The notes: generated by a model not told the origin, from the letters alone. Shown: positions 1 through 13,280, numbered from the whole stretch's first letter. The stretch is 60,985 nt of DNA, filler included, from Sphacelaria rigidula (GCA_964200075.2; 5 parts of 5 records of this genome joined end to end with filler, not necessarily neighbours in it), one strand, 5' to 3'. Made by a program: numbers and translations.

Positions 1-3000
1 GGAGAGCCGGAGGCGTCGGCTGCCGACATGCCCCGTGAGCTCGAGACATCGGCGGAGGACGTGACGCAGCCAGTCGCTGCGGAGCCCACCGCCGACGCGT
101 CAGGAGAGCCGGACGCCTCTGCTGCTGAAGCGCCCGCTGCGCTCGAGACATCGACGGAGGACGTGACGGAGCCAGTCGCTGTGGACGCGCCCGCTGCGCT
201 CGAGACGTCGACGGAGGACGTGACGGAACCCGCCGTGGCGGAGCCTAACGCCGACGCGTCAGGAGAGCCGGAGGCGTCGGCTACCGAGGCGGCCGCTGCG
301 CTCGTTACATCGACGGAGGACGTGACGGAACCCGCCGCTGCGGAGCCCACCGCCGACGCATCGGGAGAGCCGGAGGCGTCGGCTGCCGACGTGCCCCGTG
401 AGCTCGAGACGTCGACGGAGGACGTGACGGAGCCAGTCGCCGCGGAGCCCACCGCCGACGCGTCAGGAGAGCCGGACGCCTCTGCTGCTGAAGCGCCCGC
501 TGCGCTCGAGACATCGACGGAGGACGTGACGGAGCCTGCTGCTGTGGAGCCCACCGCCGACACATCAGAAGAGCCGGAGGCGTCGGCTGCCGACATGCCC
601 CGTGAGCTCGAGACATCGGCGGAGGACGTGACGCAGCCAATGGCTGGGGAGCCCACCGCCGACGCGTCAGGAGAGCCGGAGGCGTTGACTACCGCCGCGC
701 CCGCCGCGCTCGGGACTTCCCCCGAGGACGTGACAAAGCCAGTGACTGCGGAGCCTACCGCCGACGCGTCAGGTGAGCCGGAGGCCTCGTCTGTTGAGGC
801 GCCCACTCCGCTCGAGACGTCGACGGAGGACGTGACGGAGCCCACCGCCGACGCGCCAGGTGAGCCGGAGGCGTCAGCTGCCGAAGCGCCCGCTGCGCTC
901 GAGACCAAGGACGTGACGGAGCCAGGGGCTGATGGTGAGCAAACGACGGTGGAGGCAGCATCAGTAGACGGTGAGCGTAGTCGGTCTCTGTCGGAGGTTG
1001 CGGCGGCAGGCATGGAAGTAGCGGCGGCCGTGGCGGACGCCGCCAAACAGCTTGCTTCTGAACCACCCATCGAAGTGGCAGCAGCGGCCACTGAAATCAG
1101 CGAAGGGATGCCTTCGGCCAAAGCAATGGAGTCGATAGCTGCGGACGCGCCCGTTACGCTCGAGACCATGGACGTGACGGAGCCAGGGGTTGATTGTGGT
1201 GAGCAAACGACGGTGGAGGCAGCATCATTAGACGGTGAGCGTAGTCGGTCTCTGTCGGAGGTTGCGGCTGCAGGTGTGGAGGCAGCGGCGGCCGTTGCAG
1301 ACGCCGCCAAACAGCTTGCCTCTGAACCACCCATCGAAGTGGCAGCAGCGGCCACTGAAATCAGTGAAGGGATGCCTTCGGCCAAAGCAATGGAGTCGAT
1401 AGCCGCGATGGCCATTGGACCTGGAATCGCCGCTGATGAAGTTGCAGTCGCGGCAGCCGAGTCTACTGCGGCCCGTAACACATCGACTACCGGTGAAGAC
1501 CCCATCGATAAAGAAGACCGTTCAGCTACCCCGGAAGAATCTACACAGCCTGCATCTACCGTCGCTGTTGCTGCGGCGGGAAATATCGAAATGGAAGCAC
1601 TGGCCAAAGACAACGTAGACATGCCGTCTTCTGCCCGAGAACCAACTGCGCTGGCAGTAAAAACAGTCGAGCCGGAGGTGGATCTGGTCGAAGAAAAACT
1701 TGCCGGCGAGGAAATTGCCGCTGGTGATACTAGTGTAGTAAAGACGGAGGCAGAAGCTGAGGTTGTGGTGAAACCCGAATCCGAAGACGTGGAATCGTTC
1801 GCTGAAAGGGCGGTGAAACCGGCGCAAGACGAACCTGTTGGGGAACTCGCTGCTGCCACCGATGAGGCACAGGCCACAGCGACGTCGTTCACCACTTGCA
1901 GCGCTGACACGGCCGATGTCGATTGTAAGGGGAAGCCGAGCGCCACAGAAGACGATGTACCCACTGCGGGGGAGGTTGAACCGGAGACGCCGGCGGCGGA
2001 GGGCGCAGCCAAGCCGGAAGAAATAGTTGTGGTTGAGACCGTCGCCACCGCCGATCCGGCGGAGTCCATGGGTGAAGCGGTCGACCTGGAAAAGTCTGCC
2101 ATTGCTTCCCCTGCCGCTGTTTCTGTTTCCACCGACGAAGAGGGCATGAACTCACCAGCGGAAGAACCCACGGAGGTGCCTGCGCCGGCGTCCGCACCGG
2201 TGGCTGATGCTGATGTCATCGAGATGGTCGAGAGGACGCTAGTTGATGATGCCCCACCCGCGGCCCCTGCCCATGTTACCCAGACGAGTGGTACGACGTT
2301 GATGAAGGAGGAAGGGAACGGAAAGATGGCGGTGGTGGCGACACCCAGGGAGAGTATGGAGGAGTCCTCACCCAGGGAGATCCCGGTGGAAGCCGCGTCT
2401 CCCGCTGCCACAGCAGCTGAAAATGACGGCCCTGAGGTCGAGAGCGCCACGGGTAACAAAGCTGCTGTTGATGATATCGCTGATGAACCTGCTGGGAAAT
2501 CGACCGACAGAGTCATTGTCGCCGACGTTGCAACCGCTGAGCAAAGTGGTGACGAAGCCGCGTCGGCGCTGGCGTCAGCACCGGGGGGAGAGGCAGTAGC
2601 AGTCGGGGAAGACGCTAGGGGCCTCAGCTCGAAGACTACCGAACCCATTAGCGGCAAAGACGATAAGGGGACAGCACCGAAGGAACTTGCTGACGGTGAC
2701 GAGATCGCGGCCAGTGAGGTTAGTCGTCTGAGGCATGCGAAGAAGCAGGGCTGGGAGGGAGGATTTGAGATTGTATTTTTCTTCACGGGTGTGCTGGTTG
2801 TCGTCTTCGGTTTCTTGGTGTTCAGCGGTGCCATGTATTTCGTATCCGGTAGATCATCTACTTGAGCTGTCGGTCGGTTGTTTGCTTCAGCTAGCTAGGG
2901 GTGTGGTGTGCGTTTATTTGTGATTTGAACAGAAGAGGAATTTTGAGATTACAAGTTATTTTATCATGTTTGATGGCGTGTCCTTTCTAGCTGTTGTCAG

Positions 3001-6000
3001 GTCCCCCTTGTGCCGTTTTCTGACATCAAAATTATTACCATCTATCGTTCTTGTGAAGTCAAGCAGGTGTCTCTTCAGTTGGGCCTGGAACGACCCCTCC
3101 CCATCTTCCCTCGTCCCCTACGGCTAGGACCTTCAGTGTCGAGTGTGTACGGATTTTGTTACGCGTTCCCCTTTGGGGCTGCCTATACTAGATCCCATAC
3201 GAGAGCCACACAATCGCTGCTATCAGTCTCTGCAACCCCTACGGCCTGGGGGCGACTGTACTATTTCCGACCGAAGTATAGAGCTAGTATGAGACTGCCT
3301 GGGCTATTCCGTCAGGATTCGCAAGGTTACACACGGCGAAGTGGGTAGGGGTTGGCATACTGATTGACTGACTGTCGCACTTTAACCGACCCCCCAGGGG
3401 TCCATCCGTGGTCTTCCTGTATCTTGAGAACGACCAACCCGCATCACGATCAAGTAGTTGCTGAGGGCCGCGTGTTTATTTGGGAATCTTGGCACCTTCC
3501 ACCGCTCTGGTTAGACCCGCAGTAGCACAAGCACTCGGGATTCTTATCTCTGCATCGCTCATGCATGTAAGCGGCTACTCATGACGGAAGTCAACTCGAG
3601 GACGGGGCTTGGGGTTGTGCCCAACGGCGCGGTTCGGGCTTGGAAATTAAAAATATAAACCAAAGCATGTCCTCGCAAGGCTCATGTATGTGTCTGTTGC
3701 GCTTGATAGATCGTACCGGTAGCGGACTACTTGTAGTCGTCAGAAAGCGGAGTCATGAAAGCATCTTTGGTCCTTGAACTGTTACGTGTGGTGGATATGT
3801 ATACTACGTAGTATATGCATGGAGGTGGGCTACTAGAGAGTATTCGTAGGCGTATTGTCAGGTGTTGCTTGTCTGTGACGAGATAGCACGAATTACTATA
3901 GTGCAACGGTTTCGGCGTCTTGACGCAGCCACACTTGGAGGATCGAGCTCCATTATATCAACATGCTTTCGTGTGGAGGTGATATGTTCAACCCTGTTGA
4001 ACCCGAGGCGCCTCACGGGATCTTTGCTGAAGGAGAATGACTGCACCATGACTGAGTCGTGACAAGTCAGCAGCCGGCACAGATGGAACGCGGAGGATTC
4101 ATGAAGCCCGTCGGCTCCTCGGGCTCTACACCTCTTTTTGGAATAATGCCAGGCTGATCTTCAATGCCAGCAACTCCGCCGCTCTCCCCGAGCACCGCTA
4201 TCTGGGAACAAAAGCCTCCATGACAACGTCAATGTATGTCGGTGTCCGACACCTTGCTGAAATTACAACAGCGGTTTCACCTCTTTCACCACTAGATTAC
4301 CTTCAGAATTGACATAATCTTAATTGGGACGTGAAAGTATAAGACCTTACGATGACCCACCCTGACCAGTCACTTATACCAGTTCCCATTGGAGGGTTTT
4401 TGAAACCCCAGATTGACCGTAAGTGTTCATCCCACGTCGTTGAACAGCCGTGGCATGTCTAGCTGACACCTTGGAACTCGAGAGCATAACAGCGTTTGCA
4501 CTGTAGTGTATCATGGAGACAGGTTCTTGAGATCAATACTCTTTCAACTACCCTTCGTCTTGAATATTATTATTTTCTCTGCCTTTCGTGGAAATCTTCA
4601 AATCAGCCAAGTTGGAATCGTCTGGGGAAACTCATACTTGCGGCGGGGGGACACTGCTCTATATGGGGCAACGACAGAGCTTCATACACTTGTTCTTCGA
4701 TCGATATCTCGAAATGAAAAATGGATCATGGCGAACGTTTACCACGTTGTCGCATGACGGCATGGCCTCGTCTATAGTCGACGAGGAGTTTAACCAGTCG
4801 TCTTAACACCTGATATATGTGCTGCACAAGCGGTCAAAGGCTATCCTGTCGGACTCGAAGGGTGCCTTACTGCGCGGGGGGCATCAAGCTGAATCTTTCC
4901 AGGCGCATCCCTGGATACGAGACACCCTGCTTCGAACCTCGACGCCCGGCTGCCCCGATTGTACATGTGCCCCACGTCGTGATTCATCCCTCCAACCTGG
5001 AAATTACTCACGACTTGCTCATGCAATGGCGTATTGCGGGACGTTTCTCGCCGGTTTGTGTGGTGTGGTAGCTCTGGAGTCGCAGCAGAGTGTCGGAAAA
5101 ATCCAATTACAGAGCTATTGTTCTCCACCACAACTCTCCGGTTTTTCGATAGTTTTTCCATGGGTGATGACACCGAAGAAAAACTTCCAAAGGTTGCCTG
5201 ATTTGGTCGATGAGCTGGGAGGGAAGCCCCACTTTATATATATACCACGTGTGTGTTCGACGTGAAGAGGTGAACGATTCTCGGGACCCATCAACTCGCC
5301 CACCTGTGACCGTGACTTTCTGCTCTTGCACCACATTTGCGGTGTTGACTATCCGTGTAGTTGAAGCGGGGGCACATTTACCCACCGCGGTGCGGTCACT
5401 GGGTATCTTTATTGCATATCGTGGTGTGACGGTAGGGAAAATCGATCAGGATCCTCCGTCGATACGTTTGTGGATCCGAGGTTCGAACAGGGCGGGTTGA
5501 TTCTCGATGAGTCTCCCATCATTCGTGATCATCGCGCGGTGATACTGAACTATTTCATATCTCTCGCAGTCTTCATCGCAGACTATTGTTCATTTCTCCC
5601 TTATTGTACGGATTTGGAATGGATTCCCGAGCACAGAACACCTGCACACATTCACACAGGAAAGGGTGCTGTTGACTTAATGCTGTATTCGTGAGGTCCA
5701 TTGTTCCCTATTCCCGTTTCAACACATCGCGTCGTACTTGACCCTTGTCATGTTCCACTCATACGTGATGTATACGTGCCACCCCACAGGTGTTGGCCGC
5801 CATCGCTTCAGCAGTCCTGACCAATGCCAACCGAAAGCCGCCCGCCCTGACAGCGACCACGTTCGAAGCTCCTCTGGTAAGTGCTGCGGCGGCTGAAGCA
5901 GCAGCAGCAACCGAAAACTCCCTGGCGACGGCTGAGGAAAAGTCGGGTACATGTGAGGAGAAGGCTTCCAAAGGGGGAGCCGGCAAGGACGCTGCCCCTG

Positions 6001-6038
6001 ATGGTGATGGTGGTGCGTCTGCCGCTCAGCCCGCTTGA
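1..6038 (+). CDS. 5'-partial gene for an acidic Ala/Glu/Thr/Pro-rich, probably disordered tandem-repeat protein; exons <1-2718 and 5790-6038
   Basis: Frame is open from base 1. Phase-0 donor GAG|GTTAGT at 2718/2719, where the composition changes abruptly. Acceptor CCCCACAG|GTG at 5789/5790 resumes Ala/Glu-rich coding (VLAAIASAVLTNANRK...SAAQPA*) to TGA at 6038. No recognisable domain. Confidence 0.75.
40..897 (+). repeat. Coding tandem repeat, ~102-bp (34-aa) unit LETSTEDVTEPxAAEPTADASGEPEASAAxAPAA, about 9 copies
   Basis: The CTCGAGAC-like unit start recurs at 40, 142, 199, 301, 403, 505, 607, 709, 811 and 898 (spacing 102, with in-frame short units of 57 and 87). Confidence 0.92.
898..1407 (+). 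repeat. 261-bp coding tandem duplication (LETxDVTEPG...MESIAA x2)
   Basis: 898-1158 is nearly identical to the sequence starting at 1159. Confidence 0.9.
3400..5500 (-). mobile_element. Possible heavily decayed retroelement (DIRS/Ngaro-like RT and RNase H) in the intron of gene 1
   Basis: Minus-strand fragments 'DDWLNSSST' (~4800; compare DIRS YLDDWL), 'AAELLALK' (~4170) and 'HVDIMEL...DNT' (~3970-3850; compare HINxLEL...DN). Many stops and frameshifts; boundaries approximate. Confidence 0.3.
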
Positions 6039-9000
6039 ACGATGAAGACGGTTGGTGGCGCACCAGGCACTGTTAGAGAGGAACTTGAAGAATGTGGGTG
6101 ACACGTTTCGTAGCCCCGAACTTGTTCCAGAGCTCCAGTTCGGAGATATGGCGCCATGTTATTGATAGCTTTGTCGTTTTTACTGCGAGCTTCGGAGTGG
6201 GAGCTGTTCCCCCTCGAAAGTCGATTTATCGTGTTGTATGACGATGACATCGTGACGGACGGTACGGTACATACCAGCACTCGAGTCGTGTTCGCGTTGA
6301 TTGTATTAAGTTGAAGCGGCCGGCACTGTTTTTCTTCGGGAAAGGGCGCTCGTATACCTATCTTGTCTTTATCCATCGTAACTGGAGGTCACGTTGAGAT
6401 TGACACTTTTTTTTCTTTTCTCGGGTGCCCAGTGCCCACAATTTGTTACAAAGTTTGTTTGCTCACTCGTGGAGGATGGCGATAACGCCAAGCGACTGTG
6501 TATAGTATGCATTTCCCCTGCTTTATTGCAGTTGCTTTTCACCTGCTGATGTATGATATTGAGTGGCACGGTGTAGTAGGGCGAAAATAGGTGCTCAAGA
6601 CACCTCGCCTCACAGAATAGCGGTTTGTACAAAAACACGAGAATACATGAACCTCGAGCCCACGGTGTTAGTAAGGGGACGTGTCAGCCCTTTGTGCGAT
6701 AGCCACTTTGAGTCCTATATATATTTGCCGGTGCGGAGGTGGATGTGTCATCCATGTTCATGTGTTGTATGGGTGAATGTGATTGCAAGTAAGTGTTCTG
6801 GAATGTTCAAAGTCAGGGAGGGTACAGCTATAATGTGTGCGTGCGGCGTAGCAGCGTCATTCTAGACAACGAATATCCCGCCGCAAGTCAAGTGGTGTGA
6901 CGGGCCAGCACTTGACAGTTTTCTTTGTTCGTAATTAATTGTGGTCGCGGGGTTTCTTGCTCGTGACGAGAGCAGAGGATGTGCGTCATTTTTTTATACG
7001 TTGACGTCACTGAGCCTAATTGTTTCTTCTGTGCGCCCTTCAGAGTTTGAAAATCTCTGGGGTACTGTAATGTGGGCTTTTCCCGGTGGTGTGACTCACC
7101 CCCTGGTTCTGTCGTTGTTCCGCCGATTGATGTGTCAAGAATGGATCATGACTCGTGGGTGAAATATCGTGGTGTGTTTTCTTTGTACACGTGGAGGAGA
7201 TGTTTTGTGCGTTGATGTGTCGTGTTCGATGGTTGGTGGGTCGTTTCTCTTTTGTGGTACTTGTCGCCATCGTAAAATTTGTCGTGCGGGTGGGTTTCAA
7301 GCGCATGAAAGACAACTGATGGACTTTTTCTGGTGTTTTTCATTACTGACTGTTTTGTGTGATTCGTAGTGGGTGTGTCACGTGAGGCCACCAGCGGTGC
7401 GAATTCCACGCGTGATGACTGTTGTTTTCGTGTGTCGGATGCATGGCGGGGGGTTGCCTGGATTGCTACATCGTGGGGACGTGACTTCTGCCTTCTGACT
7501 TTTTTTTAGTCTTGAGAATGTATGTTGTGACGTGGGAATATGCAAAACAAGTCATCCTTCATCGACTTGTATGTTTGGTCCTTTGTTCGTTTCGGTGGTC
7601 CCATGTTGCGCGTAGCACATTGTGTCCAGAGTTACGGGTGGTTGGGTAGTATTGCGAGAGTTTCATGCCTGCTTGACAAAAATAGTATGCAGGACTCGCC
7701 GCAAAATGCCTTCGAAAATTATACGTACTTTGAAGTTACTGTTACGAACGAAAACAAAAAAGAGAAGAAAGAACGAAGAAAAGTATTTTCTCGGTAGATT
7801 ATTATTCCGAATGGGTAATGAATGCTTCCGTAAAAAGTACAGTCCGTGATGACTAGAAAATGAATCCCAGGATGTTCGGGAGCACAAGTGGTGGGGTTGG
7901 GGATGAAACACTATACTGAAGGGATTTTGTTTCATGTCTCGGTGAGTGCATCAACAGGTACTAGATGCGGAGGGGAGACTCCAATGCTGCATATCCCCGG
8001 ACGGGGGAAGATGAGGGATGAGATGCCCAGTGCCGCACACCGCAGTACCGGTGGCGATTGACTTTTGCTGATGTTTTGGTTGACTAATTCCATGTATGGG
8101 TTTTGGAGCCGTGTGTGTTGATCGGCGGATGTGTTCTGGGGAAGATAAGATAATGCCTTCAGGTGTGTTTCCGGTCCAGTCATCTGGTTATGGGTGCTAC
8201 ATGTTCACTTGGTGTTGTCCAATATGGCTTGGGTTCTTCACTTGCCTACCGCGGCAGACACTTTCTACGATGCCCCCCCCCCCCCAAAAGCGCATGGTTT
8301 TGAGAGGCAAAATCTTCACGTGAAACGAAATGGGAAAAGCCGCGCACAACGAGAAGCTGGGAATCCCAACGTTTGGGTTCGTTCTAGCCAATGTCCCCAA
8401 TATGAGGCGCTTCATGCAGCCTGAACCCGAACATCAGGCGCTGTATTGCCATTTTTTTCGTGGTACTTTTAGCTGGTTTTGGGGGGGGCTATCGTAGAAA
8501 GTGTCGGCACATGCTTGCTCTGTGCTTTTATTTTAGCGGTACCGTCACGTACGATGCCCAAGGGTTACTTGTGCTGTTTAGACGAAGGTGGGGCATCTCT
8601 TCCTCGCTTATTTTCTTTCACCTAGTTAGTTTCCTGCCCAGATAGGTGTTTCCAGCGATGACTGGATATTATGATCATGATGTTTGATATCATATGTTTT
8701 GGTCCCGCAGTACGCCCGAACGTTTCCTGTTCCGCTGCCGGGGTACTATGCGCTGTTACCGCGAGTCGTGGGTTTTCGTGCAGTACTGAAGTTTTGTGTT
8801 GGATGTTTCAAAAGGTCTCTGTACGATAACGTAAAGCAGGTTAGGGCAAAGGCATCTTATTACATGTGTTCACTCTACTTCTGCAAGGAATACGTCGAAT
8901 AGGGGGTAAAGTTGGATATTCTTGTGTGTGTGTTTTGAACTCGAGCCCTTGGGCGTGAGAACGTCTTTCGGACCACATTGCCGATTGGAGGGTTTCGCGA

Positions 9001-9339
9001 CGAGTTTGGGGAGGAGGGGGGCGGTCGGTTGGTCTATGTGGGAAGGGTACTGAATCGAGGGGTTCTTCAGGGCTTGAGCGGACCGCGTTATTTGTGACCA
9101 TCCATCGATGTCGTTTGAATGTTGTTATGTTGTCCCACCGTTGCCTCGCCGAGTAAATGAAGTGAAGGATTGATTGTTGTGCACGTCCTGTTTGCTTGCT
9201 TGCTTGCTCGCTTACCTGCTTGCTGTCTTTTTTTGTGGACTTTGTCATTCATGTGTGTTTCTTCTGTCACTTGTGTTAGCGGTTCGGTCCGGTACTGATC
9301 AGGAAGTTCGAACGTTGGATCAGTATCGTAATTTCCCCT

Positions 9340-9341
<2 letters not shown>

Positions 9342-9377
<36 letters not shown>

Positions 9378-9380
9378 TGT
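9342..9380. repeat. (TG)n microsatellite
   Basis: Direct read, one interruption. Confidence 0.95.
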
Positions 9381-10255
9381 ACCCTATAAGTTGAATCATC
9401 GCATGAAACGAATGCGTGCTACACATGAGTGTATTCCTGCAAAGGCGACCCGCTGGGGTTCTCATATTTCTCGCTGATCGAACTGCTTTGAGACAAGCAA
9501 GGGGCGAGCGAACCCCAACAGTATGCAAGCCTTGAGGCTTCTCGTGTCATTGCTCGTCTGATTTTCGTCAGGTCAGTACGTATGTCAGGATTGGCAATCG
9601 TGACGTTGTGCGGAACCCTGTCGGGTAGTGAGAGCAGTAATCGTTGGCGTATCTTCGCTTGTCAGGTGCCGCAGGGCGCGAGGGAACAATGTGGGGAGGC
9701 ATGGGTACGTGCTAGCACATTAATTGCATGGGTGCAATAACGACTAATGACATGTCCATGCTTCAGTGTATACGACCGTTACTTGATTTTCGGCTACTTC
9801 CCGCCTCCCCCCCCCAATGGCCAACAATACGTGCCCTCTTGTTGAAGAGAAGTGCAATTTGGGCCCAATCAAGAAATCTATCAATTTTAGTTGGATATCC
9901 AAGAATAAGCGCCACCCCCCACTCCCCTGTATATTGCTGCCCCTGCCGCGCAAAAATTCAATGAATCACGTCAGCACTGCAAACCAGACGAGCGATGTTC
10001 GCGTGTGGTTTGCGGAACGCCTTCGGTATGTCTAGGCCTTCTGCATGTTTCCTTCGCTTCGAAGGGGCTTCCAAAACATCCTTCCCGTAGAGAGGGAAAT
10101 GACTCACAGTTTTCTCACTGGCCGAGGCTTTCTTGTCCTTCATACCTTGACCGGAACCTACTACTACTGTATGGCGACGCTCCATGTATTACAAAAACTC
10201 CACCCCATCACATCGCTTCAAACAAAGATCCAGAACACACACCTCTAAGCTTTAA

Positions 10256-10352
10256 CCCTTAGACCGCAAGATTAGTCTTCTGGATCATGCATACTTTTTT
10301 TCACTTGAAATTGATGCCGATTCAACAGAAGACTAACCTCGCGGTCTAGGGG
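10256..10352. mobile_element. 97-bp piggyBac-like MITE (copy 1)
   Basis: Terminal inverted repeats CCCTTAGACCGCAAGATTAGTCTTCTG / CAGAAGACTAACCTCGCGGTCTAGGGG, flanked by TTAA (10252-10255) and TTAC. A second copy lies at 57242-57340. Confidence 0.8.
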
Positions 10353-10360
10353 TTACGTAC

Positions 10361-12011
10361 CCCTGACGTTATGCTTTGGACGGCGTTTGGCAGGAACCTC
10401 ATGTCTATTGCGAGCAGAACCAGCAGTATCCCCGTGGTTCTCCACATTGAGGCGCCGGCCGATCTCCGTGAACCCATACGGCACATCAGGGAAATGTTGC
10501 TGTGAAGAGGAGAACAACAAACATTTATCAGAATCTCCGCGTTTACCCTCAGCTATCGCCGCCGCCTTTCCCCATTCTCGAGCGCGCCGCAGCACGTCTT
10601 CATAAGCGTCGTCGTTGACGACATTGCATTCAGATAACAAGATGTTGGCAAGAACCTCAGGCCGTAAGCTGTCCCGGCCCACCCCTTCCTCTAGCTTCGT
10701 GTTTCCTTCGACGGCCCTAGGGCCCGTCGCAGCCCGATCGAGGGTGTGGGTGCCGCCAAGTCGCCGAGTCTTCGAGATAAATGGCTGCGTTGCGATGGAT
10801 CTTCGTGTGTATTCTTGCTTGTCACTGTTGTCTCGAATTTTGAGCTGGGCTCTGTCATGCTCTGCCCATGCAGAAGTTGTGTTGTATCCTGCGTTGCCAC
10901 CAACACCAACACCACGGCTGGCACCGCAGTCGAGGGCGGAGTGATCGTTGTCTTTGTTCCCGTTCGGATCCATTCCGTTGCCGTTCAGATGTGTTTTGTT
11001 GCTGTTTGCAACAACATCCTGCCCCTGCCCCTCGTCACATTCCGCTCTCTCGTACCTTCTCACGACCACCTCTTCCCCGTCGTGTTCGCTTATATCTACG
11101 GCGTCAACAACTCCATTCGTCCGGTAGCAAGATAAACTAGCCCTCCACACTGCCTCTTCTGCTACGTTGGTACTGTTGACACCAAGGCTCCGCTTCCCCT
11201 CGTGTGGTGACTCGGTGTTCAATGCTGAACTATTGCTTTGAGGCGGTGACGACTCTTCGATTTCCATCCCAATAACCAAAGTTTGAGTATCTCGTCGTTC
11301 GGGGACTGGACCGTGATGATCAGCATCACCAGCAGGACGCGGAGAATGGGACGGTTTCGGGGATTCCGTTGGTTCGATCTTTGTGGGAGATCCGCATCGC
11401 CGATCTTCAGAGCCGAAGTAGCCGTTCGGGCAATTTGTCCGATCATGGTCTGCGTTGTCTGGGTCGTCGTTGTTATTGCGATCGAAGGAAGCTTCAGACT
11501 TTCTGTCGGTGTGCTGCTGTTGTTGTCGTGGTCGGGTGCCCACGGGAGTAGTGGTGGTAGTACCAAGGGTGCTGTTTGCTGCCGTACCGTCTTCGTGTAA
11601 GTTCGAGGTATTATTGACCCGCACTGGTTCTATGGACTCTCTGCTATCCTGGTGCTTGATGCCAGCGGAAGCAGTAGCATCAAAATGGAACCATCGATCG
11701 ATCCCTACTGTAATGCCGTCGTTGATATGGTTTCCCTCTTTGCAGTGTCTGCTCACATCCTCGGGTGCAGATACTGGTGGATCTTCGATCGTGGCGTTGT
11801 GGGGGTGATGGTTGTTGGCATCCTCGTCTCGTGAATCTGCGGAGCTCATGGCGCCGGTTCGCGGCATCGATGACCCGAGGAAAGAAGACATGGTGGCCGC
11901 TGTAGCGGCGGCCAATCGCTTTCGCTTCAGATGCGATTTTAGCGCCATCGGCCCCTGAGTACGAATATTTTGAAGCAGCACGTTCCAGATTGTGATAGTG
12001 GCAGATGGACG
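10361..12011 (-). CDS. Large exon (~550 codons) of an unknown low-complexity protein; upstream exons are outside the contig
   Basis: 542-aa ORF preceded by an in-frame acceptor (GCTGAC branch-like motif, then CTCGTAG|CGT at 12012/12011). Candidate donor G|GTACGT at 10361/10360; alternatively it terminates at TAA 10353-10355. Basic NLS-like stretches HLKRKR and PAKRRPK. Confidence 0.65.
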
Positions 12012-12118
12012 CTACGAGCTGGGTCAGCCGAGAAGCGATTCTGTAGTTTGCAGGCCCATTATACGGCCAATACTTGGAGTTGGACCCTGAAATTTGGTAT
12101 GGACAATGAGTAGGGCAT

Positions 12119-12218
12119 NNNNNNNNNNNNNNNNNNNNNNNNNNNNNNNNNNNNNNNNNNNNTTAATTAATTAANNNNNNNNNNNNNNNNNNNNNNNNNN
12201 NNNNNNNNNNNNNNNNNN
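12119..12218. other. Artificial 100-nt contig linker (N..TTAATTAATTAA..N)
   Basis: The same linker occurs four times; the core puts stops in all frames. Confidence 0.97.
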
Positions 12219-12692
12219 ACGGCTTATACACTGCCTCATGGGTGCCTTACTGAGATGGGGGGGGGGGGGGCATTGAAAATGTGTCCACAAACTGTTGCCA
12301 GACAACGGTGTTGTTGACCTCCACGAGAAGCGACCTCAGGCGTGAGACCCTTCGTGTTCATTCATTTACAAGACCCTCTCTGCGTCGTTCTGCTGCATAC
12401 ACACCCCACAGCACGGCGACAACCCCCTGAGGTGCAAAATAGTACAGCGTTGCAATGTAACCAGGGTTTCTTGCCCTGTACCGCGGGGGTAACGCGGATT
12501 CTCACGTCAAAAGGACAAGGTTTGGTCGCCCACAAAACATGCAGAACTTGAAAATCACCCACAAGAGGTGACACACAACGATGGCCCGAGCCACCCAGCC
12601 TAAATAGTCGTTATTAGTAGTGCTTAGTCAAGACGCAGGACGACAGTAGATTGATTGACATGCAACAAATGCGTCCACACACGGAAGAAAAA

Positions 12693-12990
12693 CAATATTT
12701 TCGTGGAAGTGAGAGTACAACGGTGATAAGAGAGTGAGTTTCATTACTCATTCTAACTTGGCCTGTTCTCATTTTGTGTATGCTTTGCTTTGCCTGTAAA
12801 ACTGTAGTGTGCTCACGGCTATACGAATATGTCCTACTCAGAGACATCATAGTCTTCAGTGGCAAGCTACTACAGCAAGTGTATCGGGCCTCGTGGAGGG
12901 GCATTTCGGAACTTGAATACTGTACTTAATTCGTGGATTGATCACTTCTTACTCTCAATCGTAACCTGGACCCTCAATCTCCAAACATTG
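12693..12990. mobile_element. ~290-bp MITE family A, copy 1
   Basis: Homologous to 17697-17987 and 50699-50981 (core CTTCAGTGGCAAGCTAC...GGGCCTCGTGGAGGGGCATTTCGGAACT); degenerate TIRs. Confidence 0.75.
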
Positions 12991-13074
12991 TTGAAAGTAG
13001 ACAAGCACGACAAGAGGATGAGAATAAACGGCTGCACGATATCTCGCATTCAGAAGCAACGAAACGTGCATCAG

Positions 13075-13280
13075 TGAGATCCTTTGGACTGAAGCTCGTA
13101 AGAGTAGGGCGGCGCGTGCGTTCGAAGTTGACAGTGGGTTTTAGTGGGTTCGACCCCAACACTGCCTTCAGCAAAGCATTCTGAACACTCGAGGCGCCTG
13201 CCCCACACAACTGCCGCGAGGCGGACCAGCCGAGCCTCAGGGTAATCGGCGGTATACGGACCCGTTCGCGGGGTAAGTGT
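13075..13280 (+). repeat. Dispersed repeat, homologous to 38010-38215
   Basis: Colinear matches AGCTCRTAAGAG...AGCAAAGC...CTCGAGGC...CCGCGAGGC...GCCGAGCCTCnGGGTAA...GCGGGGTAAG in both copies. Confidence 0.7.

Noticed and set aside
2719-2865. C-terminal transmembrane helix (IVFFFTGVLVVVFGFLVF) of the 945-aa ORF, suggesting a membrane-anchored mucin-like protein
   Set aside because: It follows a good phase-0 donor and is T/G-rich intron-like read-through; a compatible terminal exon exists at 5790-6038. Intron retention cannot be excluded.
6100-10250. Many 60-150-aa ORFs here and throughout the window
   Set aside because: No domains or splice-consistent chains; they are antisense shadows, microsatellite translations or chance ORFs.
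12163-12174. TTAATTAATTAA as a piggyBac target site or regulatory palindrome
   Set aside because: It sits centred in N runs identically four times; it is an assembly spacer.
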